Below are positions 1-9,891 of a stretch of DNA of 64,000 nucleotides, one piece after another (the stretch's first letter is position 1; each line of letters starts with the position of its first letter). Origin of the DNA: Candidatus Uhrbacteria bacterium (GTDB taxonomy: Bacteria; Patescibacteriota; Patescibacteriia; JACQRZ01). The translations under genes and the position numbers were made by a program. Where the stretch lies: contig JACQSC010000002.1 of NCBI GenBank assembly GCA_016206155.1, positions 143,473-207,472 of the forward strand, read 5' to 3'. The notes under the pieces are model-generated. The model did no database searches. It saw only the letters and a program-made list of their open reading frames with translations, and was not told the origin of the DNA.

Positions 1-194
1 TGCGGATAAAGAGCGTTCCAATTGGAAAAAGTTTTGATACTCTATGGAACAGCCGTGGCGTATTTTGGAGCGTGCTGAATATGTCGAAATCATATGAATA
101 GCGATGCCCCATTTGAAGCGAAAGGGCAGTACCCCCGACGAGGTAGCGATGTGGGGCAATCTGAAAAAGTGAAGAAAATATTTTTTTCTGCGCT

Positions 195-527
195 TCATCG
201 AGCAATTCGAGATGCAGGGCCAATTGTTTTGACATAGAGTGATTCTTGTGCTGATGGAGCATTGAGAAAAAATTTCGCAAAACTAAATGCGGGCGCTGAA
301 TAGAACCCACGGTAGGGTTTCAGAAATGAGGCTCTCATTGACCGTTTTCCATACACAGCCTCGAGTTGGCGTATATCTGCAATCGATCCATAGGCGAGGA
401 GCGTATGGATGACGATATAACGATCCTGAGTGAGGTCAATTTTTTCAGGATCACAAAACCAAAAAAAGGGACGCCAATTTTTAGGTATGTTCTTCATAAG
501 GGTAGTATAGCATATTTCTTCAGGCAT
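195..527 (-). CDS. hypothetical protein (110 aa)
   Basis: Intact minus-strand ORF sitting between the window edge and the divergent giant gene. No recognisable motif. Alternative start at MKNIP (497). Confidence 0.35.
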   Translation of the reverse strand: MPEEICYTTLMKNIPKNWRPFFWFCDPEKIDLTQDRYIVIHTLLAYGSIADIRQLEAVYGKRSMRASFLKPYRGFYSAPAFSFAKFFLNAPSAQESLYVKTIGPASRIAR

Positions 528-573
528 GTAAATCCTTGTTCTACGTTATCCCCTCCTATTTCCTTTCATGTCG

Positions 574-582
574 TGGTATACT
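574..582 (+). promoter_or_regulatory. extended -10 element (TGgTATACT) upstream of the giant repeat-protein gene
   Basis: Sequence tcgTGgTATACTaac lies about 25 nt upstream of the ATG at 608. The -35 is weak (tcctat). Confidence 0.3.
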
Positions 583-607
583 AACAGCAAGAGATATATT
601 TCTCCCC

Positions 608-3600
608 ATGAGTATGCTACATGAACCATATTCCTCATCACGAGGGAAGAGCGCGTATCTGTTGAGCGCGCTGTTTGTCGTCCTTGTCGGGACGGCTTTT
701 TTGATTGTGCCAAATGGCGCGTATGCCATAAGTGCGGCTCCAACCCTTCCCGCACCTGTTTCCGGCGCCCCCAAAGCCCTTCCAGCAGATCACCTTCTTG
801 ATGTATTGAATAAGCAGACGTCAACACGAGCCGCATCAGACGCCTCCGCGTTTTCCGGCACCGTCAAGATTGGCGGGGCGACACAAGCCGCTAAAGGCAT
901 ACTTGAAATTGGCGACGTTGGAGTTACGCACGATGCGTTTCTCCTCAGTGTCGCAAGTGGCATTGCATCTACGGGCGTGGGCGCTAACAATCGCAAGGCA
1001 TTGGTGCTCCAAGGTGGTCCGACGCCAAAAATATCGGCGTACGATTATGTCGCTCGAGCTGGAATGAAACTGACCATAAACCCCGACAACAGTGATGTTG
1101 TCATTGTTCCCGGTGGCGGCAGAGTAGGCATTGGGACCATACCAACCGCAAGCAGTGTCGGACTGCTTCAAATTGCGAAAACGAACGATCGTTATTCAGG
1201 CATTACATTTAATGATTCACGTTTGCGTTTGGGATCGGATCCGAATGGAAACGGTGCGATATTTGCTCAAGGTGGTGGTGCAATACTTGAAGTTGGCGCT
1301 CAAGGGTATATTTCGTTTACCACGGGAGCTATCGCTGGACACGCTACCGAAAAAATGCGTATTAATGAAGCCGGCAACGTCGGGATTGGGACGACAGAGC
1401 CAGGCGCCGCGTTAGAGGTTAAGCGCACCGTCGGCAATGGCAATGCTGAAATCTTTGCTAATTACAATGGAACAAATATTGGCAGGTTAAATGCAGCCTC
1501 AAATGGAAATGTTTATATGGGTGTATCTAGTGGGACTGGCGATTTAGCAATTGGCGTCAATGATAATGTTACCGCTTTGAATATTTTAGGCAAAGTCATC
1601 AAACGCGAAGATAACGTTGAAGTTGGCAGCATCGGCAACGTAGGCATCGGGATAGCGAAACCACTGGCAAAGCTTCATATTGAGGGACAGAGTACTTGGG
1701 GTGGGCTTACGATAAAAAATAAAAATAATTGGTACACCCATTTTAATTATCCTGACGACAAAAATTATATTCGCGGCACTACTATCATCGCCGATAACGA
1801 CGCCAACGTCAAAGTCGGCATCGGGACGTCAAGCCCTGGTTATAAACTGGAAGTAAATGGTGATATTCGTACTGGCGCTGGAGGTGACATTCGTTTAGGT
1901 CCCGCTAACTCTGGAACTGATGCGATATTATACTCCGACAACGGGGAATTAAGCTTTTACACCAATAAGGACAGGAGAATGGTCCTTGATACTTCAGGGA
2001 GACTTGGCATTGGGACGCCAGAACCAGAAAATAAGCTTGAAATTAGTGGAAATAATCAAGCCATTGCACTAACAACCGGTGGTGGAGAAAAGAATAATCT
2101 ATACGGAGGGAGATGGCGCGTACATGATACAGGTAATGGCGTGTATACAAGTTTTGATACAAAAAATGTCAATAGCTGGACAAATGATAGGCTTACCATT
2201 TTATCGAGCAATGGCAACGTCGGCATCGGGACTACCGCGCCCGTTGTCGCTGGAGGAGGTTTTACTGGAATAGATATACGTGGGACTAATGGTTCCAGTG
2301 TAGTACTCGGAAAATCAGGAGGATCACCCACTTTTCTTTACAGTGATAGTTCATATTTGAATTTTGAGACCCCGGGCGTTATTGCATTTCGTCCTGGAGG
2401 CTCAGAAAAGATGATAATAACAAGCGATGGCAAAGTCGGGATTGGGACGACAACGCCAGAATCAAAATTGCATATTCAAAATGTTCTTGAGGGAAATCCG
2501 GCAGACAAATCGCTCTTCTCAATCTATGATCTCCACAACCAGGGTAGAAACGGTCAATATTTCAGAATACTTGGAGGGACAAGGGGGATTAATCTTATAT
2601 CGAACTGGACTAGTTTGAGTTTCGGTGCGAGATATGATGCGGGAGGTGAATTTAAGCAGGATCTTACGATCGACACGAATGGCAAAGTCGGGATTGGGAC
2701 AACGAGTCCGAGAGTAAAACTTGAGGTTGCTGGCAGTGTTTCGACAGGACTGCTGGCTCCTAGAAATACGTACCTTGCGGATACATATCCGACATTTAGT
2801 GGATGGTCAAACACTCAAACTTCAACATGTGGGACATGGGAGATGCTTGGAGGATTTGAAATTCTTGGAGGAAGAGACTATGTAAGAAAAACAATACCAA
2901 ATTTGCCTGCCGGAGATTATATTGTTGAGTTTGATTTTTATAAAATTGATAGCTGGGATGGTGAACTGGCGATTTTTATGTGGAATGATGATCGTAAATG
3001 GAGCAGGAAGTATTATTCATCAGAGGGAACACAAATCTGTGGCCAGCAACATAACAATTGGAATGAGGATAAAGCTCATGTAGCAGTGGAAGTAAATCAA
3101 ACAGAGACTGGAAATGCTACATTACACTTTGGCGCAACGCTTGACAGTCATGCTGGGGATGAGTCATGGGGAGTGAATAATATAGTGGTGTATAAGAAAG
3201 GAAGCACGACAACTCTAGCCGCGATAGGAGATTTGAAAGTCAACGGCAACGTCGGGATTGGGACGAGTGATCCTTGGGCAAAGCTCCACATCGAGGGACG
3301 GGATAAGTGGGGTGGGCTTGCGATTGTGAATGCGAATACTCATGTCACCCATTTTAATTATCCTGACGGCAAAAATTATATTCGCGGCACTACTATCATC
3401 GCCGATGACGGCGGCAACGTCGGGATCGGCACTACGAGCCCGCATTCCGAACGAAAACTCCATGTCATGGGAACTGAAAGGATAGAAACGGCAGCCGATG
3501 CATGGAATTGGCTCGAAATTGCGCGAGGTGACGACACGATCTATTTTGGAAGCGACGTTACTAATCGCGGAATTTGGTCAAACGGTAGACGTGGCGTTGG

Positions 3601-5323
3601 TATTTATACTAATAGCTACAATAGACTTTATGTAAGGGGTGATACTGGCAACGTCGGCATCGGGACGACAGTTCCGAACCAAAAATTGGAAGTAAAAGCC
3701 GGCGATGGTACGAACAGTTTGATTTATGGTCTGAAATTGGAAAATGTTGGTGCCCAAGATGACGGTAATGGAGTTGCAACCGGCATACTGTTTGGAGTAA
3801 GTAGTAGCGCTGACTCTAACCGCGGGAAAGGCGGTTTGGTCTATGCTTATCCACCTAGCGGAGGGACATGGAATAGGGGCGACTTTTATTTCTTACAGAA
3901 CACTGATGAAACTTCTGCTGTTGCAGGCTTGTCAGACGCAGTCATGACCATAAAAAACAACGGCAACGTCGGGATTGGGACAGACCCATCAAGTCCTTTC
4001 CATATACTGAACTCATCTGGTGACATGATGAGGATTCAGAATTCTGGAGGGGGTGAAGCCGACATTCGATATCTTACGGGCAGTAGTAGTTGGGAGGTGG
4101 GCACGAACAATGTTGGCAACGGGACAGACAAAAATCAATTTTATATCTATGATGCAAGCGGCGTTCCTAATCCCTATGCATTTACCGTGCAGCGTGGAAC
4201 TGGCAACGTCGGCATTGGGATGACCCCCCTAACAGAAAAATTGGAGGTCGCAGGTTCGATCAAAGCAAACGATCACATTGAATCGCGCTGGACTAGTGTT
4301 GTAGATACCGCCTATAACGCAAACCCACGTACCTATTATACAAGCAGAAATATGACAATGCGGACGGGCCTTAATGAGCAATACGAACTTGGTGAAATTG
4401 CTGTAACGTCACAACATCCTCTTGCATTTTATGCCAATGGTTATGAGCATATGCGCATCACCGTGGATGGCAAAGTCGGGATTGGGACGGCAGATCCGAA
4501 AGAAGGTCTTGATGTTTATGGTAAACGCACTGTCCTTCGAGGAGGATTATATGTCGGCGGAAATGACAATTTTAATTGGATTTCTGGATTTTTTAGTAAG
4601 CCGCTTGCATTCTTTGTCCGCGATAATAGTGGAGCATTTTCAGAAAAAATGAGAATTTTGCAGAACGGTTACGTCGGGATTGGAACGGATGAACCAAAAA
4701 CAAAACTTGATGTTCAGGGTGGGGATATCAACGTTGGGTATCTCGGAGAAAAAAAGAAATTCGCTGATTTGTCAAAACATGAAAAATTGGCGTTTGAAAC
4801 CGATCGTGTCGGGCTCGATGTTGCAGAGCTTTTTGAATCAGAAGAAACCGTTGAGGTCGGAGATTTGTTAGTGGTATCAGCGACAAACGAACGTAAACTC
4901 AAAAAATCATCCCATTCCTACCAAGACACGATTGTCGGCGTTGTGTCCGGTTCGCCCGCGCTTCTTTTTGAGGGCAGTGAGTTAAAGCTTGGGGCAAAAC
5001 CGAATAGATTTGAAAAAGGCGAAAAGCCCCCTGTTGCGCTTGCCGGCCGCATTCCGGTAAAAGTGTCTCTTGAAAACGGTACGATCAAGCCCGGTGATTA
5101 TCTTACCACGTCCAGCAAACCGGGCGTTGCCATGAAGGCAACCGAACCCGGCATGACAATAGGCGTTGCGCTTGAGAGTTATGACGGCGAGGGCGATGGG
5201 AAAATTTTGGTTTTTCTCAATCTTGGTGAAAAGAACACAAGCAGTGTTATCAAAGAGCTTCAAGGGCTTCTCAAATCCCTTGAACGCCGCATCCGGATGA
5301 TGGAATACAAACCCCGATGGTAA
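608..5323 (+). CDS. giant secreted repeat protein, tail-fibre-like (about 1570 aa), with 13 or more G-N-V-G-I-G-T-x-x-P-x-x-K-L-x-V repeats
   Basis: The track ORF 536..5323 is used, with the start moved to M25 (608, MSMLHEPY...). The next 40 aa look like a signal peptide (SAYLLSALFVVLVGTAFLIVPNGAYA). The repeated 'NGNVGIGTTSPxxKLEV' motif is the one I recognise from proteins annotated tail-fibre-domain-containing in phages and bacteria. The C-terminal ~150 aa form a separate beta-rich domain (IVGVVSGSPALL...IKPGDYLTTSSKPGVAMKA...GVALE). A jelly-roll or lectin-like insert sits at about aa 730-900. Confidence 0.8.
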   Translation: MSMLHEPYSSSRGKSAYLLSALFVVLVGTAFLIVPNGAYAISAAPTLPAPVSGAPKALPADHLLDVLNKQTSTRAASDASAFSGTVKIGGATQAAKGILEIGDVGVTHDAFLLSVASGIASTGVGANNRKALVLQGGPTPKISAYDYVARAGMKLTINPDNSDVVIVPGGGRVGIGTIPTASSVGLLQIAKTNDRYSGITFNDSRLRLGSDPNGNGAIFAQGGGAILEVGAQGYISFTTGAIAGHATEKMRINEAGNVGIGTTEPGAALEVKRTVGNGNAEIFANYNGTNIGRLNAASNGNVYMGVSSGTGDLAIGVNDNVTALNILGKVIKREDNVEVGSIGNVGIGIAKPLAKLHIEGQSTWGGLTIKNKNNWYTHFNYPDDKNYIRGTTIIADNDANVKVGIGTSSPGYKLEVNGDIRTGAGGDIRLGPANSGTDAILYSDNGELSFYTNKDRRMVLDTSGRLGIGTPEPENKLEISGNNQAIALTTGGGEKNNLYGGRWRVHDTGNGVYTSFDTKNVNSWTNDRLTILSSNGNVGIGTTAPVVAGGGFTGIDIRGTNGSSVVLGKSGGSPTFLYSDSSYLNFETPGVIAFRPGGSEKMIITSDGKVGIGTTTPESKLHIQNVLEGNPADKSLFSIYDLHNQGRNGQYFRILGGTRGINLISNWTSLSFGARYDAGGEFKQDLTIDTNGKVGIGTTSPRVKLEVAGSVSTGLLAPRNTYLADTYPTFSGWSNTQTSTCGTWEMLGGFEILGGRDYVRKTIPNLPAGDYIVEFDFYKIDSWDGELAIFMWNDDRKWSRKYYSSEGTQICGQQHNNWNEDKAHVAVEVNQTETGNATLHFGATLDSHAGDESWGVNNIVVYKKGSTTTLAAIGDLKVNGNVGIGTSDPWAKLHIEGRDKWGGLAIVNANTHVTHFNYPDGKNYIRGTTIIADDGGNVGIGTTSPHSERKLHVMGTERIETAADAWNWLEIARGDDTIYFGSDVTNRGIWSNGRRGVGIYTNSYNRLYVRGDTGNVGIGTTVPNQKLEVKAGDGTNSLIYGLKLENVGAQDDGNGVATGILFGVSSSADSNRGKGGLVYAYPPSGGTWNRGDFYFLQNTDETSAVAGLSDAVMTIKNNGNVGIGTDPSSPFHILNSSGDMMRIQNSGGGEADIRYLTGSSSWEVGTNNVGNGTDKNQFYIYDASGVPNPYAFTVQRGTGNVGIGMTPLTEKLEVAGSIKANDHIESRWTSVVDTAYNANPRTYYTSRNMTMRTGLNEQYELGEIAVTSQHPLAFYANGYEHMRITVDGKVGIGTADPKEGLDVYGKRTVLRGGLYVGGNDNFNWISGFFSKPLAFFVRDNSGAFSEKMRILQNGYVGIGTDEPKTKLDVQGGDINVGYLGEKKKFADLSKHEKLAFETDRVGLDVAELFESEETVEVGDLLVVSATNERKLKKSSHSYQDTIVGVVSGSPALLFEGSELKLGAKPNRFEKGEKPPVALAGRIPVKVSLENGTIKPGDYLTTSSKPGVAMKATEPGMTIGVALESYDGEGDGKILVFLNLGEKNTSSVIKELQGLLKSLERRIRMMEYKPRW

Positions 5324-5343
5324 TGAGTATATGAATTTGGCGT

Positions 5344-7362
5344 ATGAATATAAAGGTAAAATCAGGGGCTGTTTTTTTGGTTGCGGTTATTTTTGGACTG
5401 TTTGCATTTGGAACTCACGATGCAAATGCGGCATCCTATTGCATTTCGAATGACTGCAGACCCATTCCGCCGCCAAGTCAAAAAAAATATGTTGCACCAT
5501 ATAATGTTTTTGATACAGAAAACAAATACTGCGCTAATAAGGGAAAAAACTGCACCCCTGTTTGGCCGATTAGTTCATATAGGAAGTCGATTGATAGTGT
5601 AGGATATTGTACGAAATATAAATGTGTTTCTCCATGGCTGACAACTATAGAATTAGCGAACATTCAGAAGCAGACAGACGGATACAGCGCATGGCTTGAA
5701 GCAGTTTTTTTTACGCAAGGGGAAGTAACGAACATATCATGGGGTGTGGAGAAGGCGGGAGAGTCCGAAAAAAAGTGCGAGGAACGTCGCGTAAGTTTTA
5801 TCCGATCAAAAGATGTGCCATGCGGCTGGAGAAATTCTTCTACGAGTGTAGAAAGATTGGATAAAGATTCTCAAATGTATAGCGCCAAATTCAGAAATTA
5901 TTATTCGAAAGATCCCAAAAAATGTGATTTCCGCGTAACCGGACCACAAGGATTTCCATCTGAATTTGGCTTTTGTCTAACACAAACACTTCCGCCGCCG
6001 CCCGTAATAAATTATTTTACGATCAACGGTTTGCCGGATATTGCATTTGTGCCAAGAGGGAAACGATTTACAGTAGCATGGAATATTTTTGGGGCAACAT
6101 CAATATCTATCGAACCATTAACACTGGAGGGTTTAGCACAACAAGTTGATAATGCTGGAAATTTAGATGCAGGACATTGGATGAACAAGGCGCTACGCCA
6201 AAATTGGTTAGTTTCAACGAGCTGGAAAAATGATATTGCAAAACTTACAGGAGGAGGCGAATTCGGCTTATCGGCCCAAGCTCATACGAGGTATCGTTTG
6301 ACAGCCTCTAATCCTGGCGGTAAAACAGTAAAAGACGTTATTATTAATGTGCCAAGAAATAGTTATGGTAAATGGTTTCGAGCACTACCTCCGCAGGGGA
6401 TAAAATATGTACTTCCTGACGGCACAATTGACTATGCAGTTAAGTATCTGGAGGAGTATTACGTAACGGACACTAAGCGTTCGTATGGTGTTACAAATTA
6501 TGTTCCCCCTAATGCAAAGGATATTGGCCGCTTTGATTTTATGGATTCAAAAGAGTACGTTAAGGCACGTGACTCTGTCATACGCGGCGATAAAATCAAT
6601 GCTAGCGGCACTCGTATTAGTTCACAAGAAGAATTTGAAAAAATATTCGGACCACCACCATGTCTTGGCGGAAAAACATATGATATATCAGATACTGAAA
6701 CCAGCGGTTTGTTCGGTCCTCGTTATTTAACACCCACGTTCTGGTGTTCAAATGAAAATGATGGTATGTGTGTAGACTATGGACCCGATTGCGATGGAGT
6801 TGACTTACAAGCAGAATGGGATAAAGCTCCAAACGGTATAACTTTCAGGTGCACGTTGGCTGGATTAAAAGCACGGATAGCTACGTGTGTCGGTGAGCAT
6901 GAACGTAAGATTACCTATCTTACACAAGGAAGATATCATAGTAAAGCAGGAATATCGGTAATACAACAATTCTTTACTACACTTTTATTGGCACAATTAT
7001 TTGGAAGTAATGCCAGTAACGCTAGCGTACAGTCATCAAACCTTCCAGCTTCAATGTTAAATTTGCGGTGCCCAACCTGTGATATTGTTAAAAAAGAAGG
7101 TTTTAGTCCTCAGGGAAGCCTTATTCTTGGGCAGGGTGGCGTGCACCAAGATGCAAACGAATTAATGAAACGTATTGGAGAAAAGGAGGCGCGAGATGTA
7201 GGAGTACATTCAGTGAGAGGTTTAAATTTCAACGCAGTTGCTCTTAATAAGGAACCTTTGTCATATAATACGTCTGATTGGATTATGAGTGCGTGCGGAG
7301 CTGATACAGCATGCCAAGATTTTGCAGCGGCAAATGCATATAGGCCAAGGACTTCATGGTGA
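5344..7362 (+). CDS. secreted cysteine-rich protein (672 aa)
   Basis: N-terminal signal peptide MNIKVKSGAVFLVAVIFGLFAFGTHDANA followed by CISNDC. About 30 Cys in total, a poly-Pro linker, and an Ig-like middle section. Lies 21 nt after the preceding gene. Confidence 0.75.
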   Translation: MNIKVKSGAVFLVAVIFGLFAFGTHDANAASYCISNDCRPIPPPSQKKYVAPYNVFDTENKYCANKGKNCTPVWPISSYRKSIDSVGYCTKYKCVSPWLTTIELANIQKQTDGYSAWLEAVFFTQGEVTNISWGVEKAGESEKKCEERRVSFIRSKDVPCGWRNSSTSVERLDKDSQMYSAKFRNYYSKDPKKCDFRVTGPQGFPSEFGFCLTQTLPPPPVINYFTINGLPDIAFVPRGKRFTVAWNIFGATSISIEPLTLEGLAQQVDNAGNLDAGHWMNKALRQNWLVSTSWKNDIAKLTGGGEFGLSAQAHTRYRLTASNPGGKTVKDVIINVPRNSYGKWFRALPPQGIKYVLPDGTIDYAVKYLEEYYVTDTKRSYGVTNYVPPNAKDIGRFDFMDSKEYVKARDSVIRGDKINASGTRISSQEEFEKIFGPPPCLGGKTYDISDTETSGLFGPRYLTPTFWCSNENDGMCVDYGPDCDGVDLQAEWDKAPNGITFRCTLAGLKARIATCVGEHERKITYLTQGRYHSKAGISVIQQFFTTLLLAQLFGSNASNASVQSSNLPASMLNLRCPTCDIVKKEGFSPQGSLILGQGGVHQDANELMKRIGEKEARDVGVHSVRGLNFNAVALNKEPLSYNTSDWIMSACGADTACQDFAAANAYRPRTSW

Positions 7363-7392
7363 TAGTACAATAATATATTTATTTATTCATGT

Positions 7393-7890
7393 ATGATTCT
7401 ATCAGCTAGCGGTTTTATAAAAAAATTATTTAGAATACTCGTTTTACTTGGAATTTTTTGTATCGGATTTATTGGCGGGTATTATTATAATGCTAATGAT
7501 ACGAAGCGGATCGTTTCGGATATGCAAGAAAGAATTATAGACGGATCAGAGATCGCGAAAGTTCAAGGATATCAAGTGGAAGATTTTTATGGAAAAATAA
7601 AAGAATTAAATGGCAGTATTTTATGGGTAAGAAAGATCGTTGGACCAGACGCAGAAACGCAAGATATTATTGAAGTTGGCATTTCCCCTCGCACAGAGCT
7701 TATTGCAATGAAGTATCAAAATGTAAAAGATATTTCTAAACAATTCCTCAAAAGCGATGGGAACATTGGTGAACTAAAAGAGAACATATACGTACGGGTT
7801 TATTACCGCGTAACGGATGCGAATAGTACTGAAAAAGTCGAAGCCCAAACGATATATTATTCAGATAAAAATCCCTTTCTTTTCCAGTAA
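7393..7890 (+). CDS. small membrane-anchored protein (165 aa)
   Basis: N-terminal TM helix (ILVLLGIFCIGFIGGYYY). Tightly packed between neighbouring genes. Confidence 0.55.
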   Translation: MILSASGFIKKLFRILVLLGIFCIGFIGGYYYNANDTKRIVSDMQERIIDGSEIAKVQGYQVEDFYGKIKELNGSILWVRKIVGPDAETQDIIEVGISPRTELIAMKYQNVKDISKQFLKSDGNIGELKENIYVRVYYRVTDANSTEKVEAQTIYYSDKNPFLFQ

Positions 7891-7910
7891 AGCATTGTTT
7901 GCCGTTGTAT

Positions 7911-9683
7911 ATGACACGAGAACAAGAGGACGCGCGTGAAAAATATGCAAATCGTGGAGAATATAATACAGGGTATGTGCGTCAGAGACTGCGCGCGTAC
8001 ATAGCCTCACTTATTGTTTTTTTTTCTCAAGCGCAAGAAGTATCAGCTAAAATAGAATATCAGTTTGATAAACAACAAGGTTCATACGAACTTATTTATC
8101 AAGAAAATGAATCTGAGCGGCCTGTTCATTTTTTGCCAGTTCCAATTGCAGCGATCGGCGAACATGAAAACGGAGAGCGCATACGCCTTCCGTTTTTTGA
8201 TCGATTAAGAAAAATAGACATTACAGAAGGAGGGGTAAATTACTCAATAAAAGATCCGATTGCATTTCGTAATTTTATTGAAAATGAGCTTGACCGCTAT
8301 GTGCGAGCGCTTAACATACATGGAGATATTAAGCCGCAAGATCTTATACAGATAACGGCATTGATAACTAAAAATAATATGCTTCCAACGTCTGATGAGC
8401 GTCTTTTAGATAGCATTAATCATACTCCGTTGGATGAATTACTGATGGGCGTAAAACGCGGTGTTTGCCGTCATTACGCCGCCGCTTTTGAAACGGTGGC
8501 AGAAACTATCATTGAAATCACTCAATCAAAATATCTGCAGAACATTATTGTTGATGAAGTAGGTATGGCCGATGTAAATCATGCATGGAACGTTGTTTAC
8601 CATTTGACTCAAAATAACGGGGCGCATTTTATCAATATGGGATTTATTGATACGACAATCAAGCCACACGGGACATTTTCCGATCTGGGCGAAATCGAAA
8701 AAAGACAAGGCGATGTAAAAAATTTTAGAACCATCTATCTTAATCAATTATATTATGCAGTAAACCCTGAAGATAGAATTGCTGTTGTTCGAGATTCAGT
8801 GCTCTTGGCGGAAAACGAAAAAGAAAAGCTGCAGTACGTGACAGAGCTTGCCTTTACTTTTTTATCGCAAGTTAAAGAACTGTATCAACGGAAAGAAAAT
8901 GGCAAAGCGAGACAAGTATTTGAGGAGGCGGATAAGTATTTTAACAAATGGTACGAACAGTATTCAAAAGACGACACAGCGCTTCAGCATGTGCAGTTTA
9001 TTCGGACAATAATGATATCCATCTATTCTGTTGTGGCAGATAATACGCCTGATGCAGAAGGCAAGGTATCTGTTTACAAACGCGCATTGTTATGGAGCGA
9101 TATATTTAATTATGCTTTGGCGGATGCATATCTAAAAAGCGGCAATCAAGATGAGGCGCGGGCTATTTACGTTGGGATGCTTGAAAACATAAACGACAGC
9201 AGAGTGTTTGAAAAGGTATTTGGATTTTTCAATAAACTCAATGAAAGTGAAAATGTTGAAAAAACATTGAGCGCATACAAAAAATATCTTGAAAAAAGAC
9301 CAGTATCAGAGCAAGCATTCGGTTTTACTATACTTGCCGACGCATATGAGGTATTGGGAAATATTGAACAAAAACTATTATATTTAAAAAAAGCATTTTT
9401 CTGCGACGATGAACGAGCCGAAAGGAGGATGGAGAGAGGGGAACGATACGCTGATTCTGTTCTCGCGCAGGGAGATGCGATAACTGCCAGGAAAATATAT
9501 GATGAAATGTTTAAAATCTATAAAAAAGCAAAAAAGGACGGAAAGATAACCATTCCTTTCAAGCGTCAGATGCCCGGTAAAGGTTTTGTGGAAGTTTTTG
9601 CCGAGGAAGATGTATATAAAGAATATCTAAAGGAGAAACTGGGACAGCCACCGTTTTTACACATTAACGAAGCGGAGAACTAA
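7911..9683 (+). CDS. transglutaminase-like cysteine peptidase superfamily protein with alpha-helical (TPR-like) C-terminal region (paralog A)
   Basis: The track ORF starts at TTG 7899, and the first ATG is at 7911. The motif G-V-C-R-H-Y-A-A-A-F...H-A-W-N-V-V fits the transglutaminase-like core Cys...His arrangement. A signal-like segment (LRAYIASLIVFFSQAQEVSA) follows the start. The last 11 codons lie inside the 190-bp direct repeat described below. Confidence 0.65.
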   Translation: MTREQEDAREKYANRGEYNTGYVRQRLRAYIASLIVFFSQAQEVSAKIEYQFDKQQGSYELIYQENESERPVHFLPVPIAAIGEHENGERIRLPFFDRLRKIDITEGGVNYSIKDPIAFRNFIENELDRYVRALNIHGDIKPQDLIQITALITKNNMLPTSDERLLDSINHTPLDELLMGVKRGVCRHYAAAFETVAETIIEITQSKYLQNIIVDEVGMADVNHAWNVVYHLTQNNGAHFINMGFIDTTIKPHGTFSDLGEIEKRQGDVKNFRTIYLNQLYYAVNPEDRIAVVRDSVLLAENEKEKLQYVTELAFTFLSQVKELYQRKENGKARQVFEEADKYFNKWYEQYSKDDTALQHVQFIRTIMISIYSVVADNTPDAEGKVSVYKRALLWSDIFNYALADAYLKSGNQDEARAIYVGMLENINDSRVFEKVFGFFNKLNESENVEKTLSAYKKYLEKRPVSEQAFGFTILADAYEVLGNIEQKLLYLKKAFFCDDERAERRMERGERYADSVLAQGDAITARKIYDEMFKIYKKAKKDGKITIPFKRQMPGKGFVEVFAEEDVYKEYLKEKLGQPPFLHINEAEN

Positions 9684-9838
9684 TTCATATTATACACAGA
9701 GTTTTTGGGACATAACCGCATATTTTATTTTATCGCGCAAGAGATCTTATGAAGATCCGTATTTATATTTTCATTCCCATTTTTTTCCTGATTATAGTAA
9801 ATAGTGTAGAGGCAACAATCTGTATTAACGGTGATTGT
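9649..9838 (+). repeat. 190-bp direct repeat, copy 1 (about 99% identical to 17797..17986)
   Basis: Compared directly: caccgtttttacacattaacgaagcggagaactaattcat...atctgtattaacggtgattgt. Only 2 mismatches. Confidence 0.9.
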
Positions 9839-9868
9839 ATTAACGGTGTCAGGAATAGTTTTTATTGA
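9749..9868 (+). pseudogene. truncated 5' fragment (39 codons) of the PA14 secreted-protein gene
   Basis: MKIRIYIFIPIFFLIIVNSVEATICINGDC is identical to the N-terminus of the gene at 17897. It is then broken at an attaacggtg microhomology and stops at 9868. Confidence 0.75.
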
Positions 9869-9891
9869 ACGCAGATTGAGGTGGTAATTTT

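Noticed and set aside
536-607. Track start of the giant ORF at 536 (MFYVIPSYFLSCRG...)
   Set aside because: This reads through the promoter-like TGgTATACT element. The internal M25 at 608 precedes a proper signal peptide, so the gene is started at 608.
4900-5323. C-terminal domain of the giant fibre as a Peptidase_S74 intramolecular chaperone
   Set aside because: I could not find the S74 hallmark segments (SDxRxKxNI, GxIAQEV, VDYxxL). It is left as an unassigned beta-rich domain.
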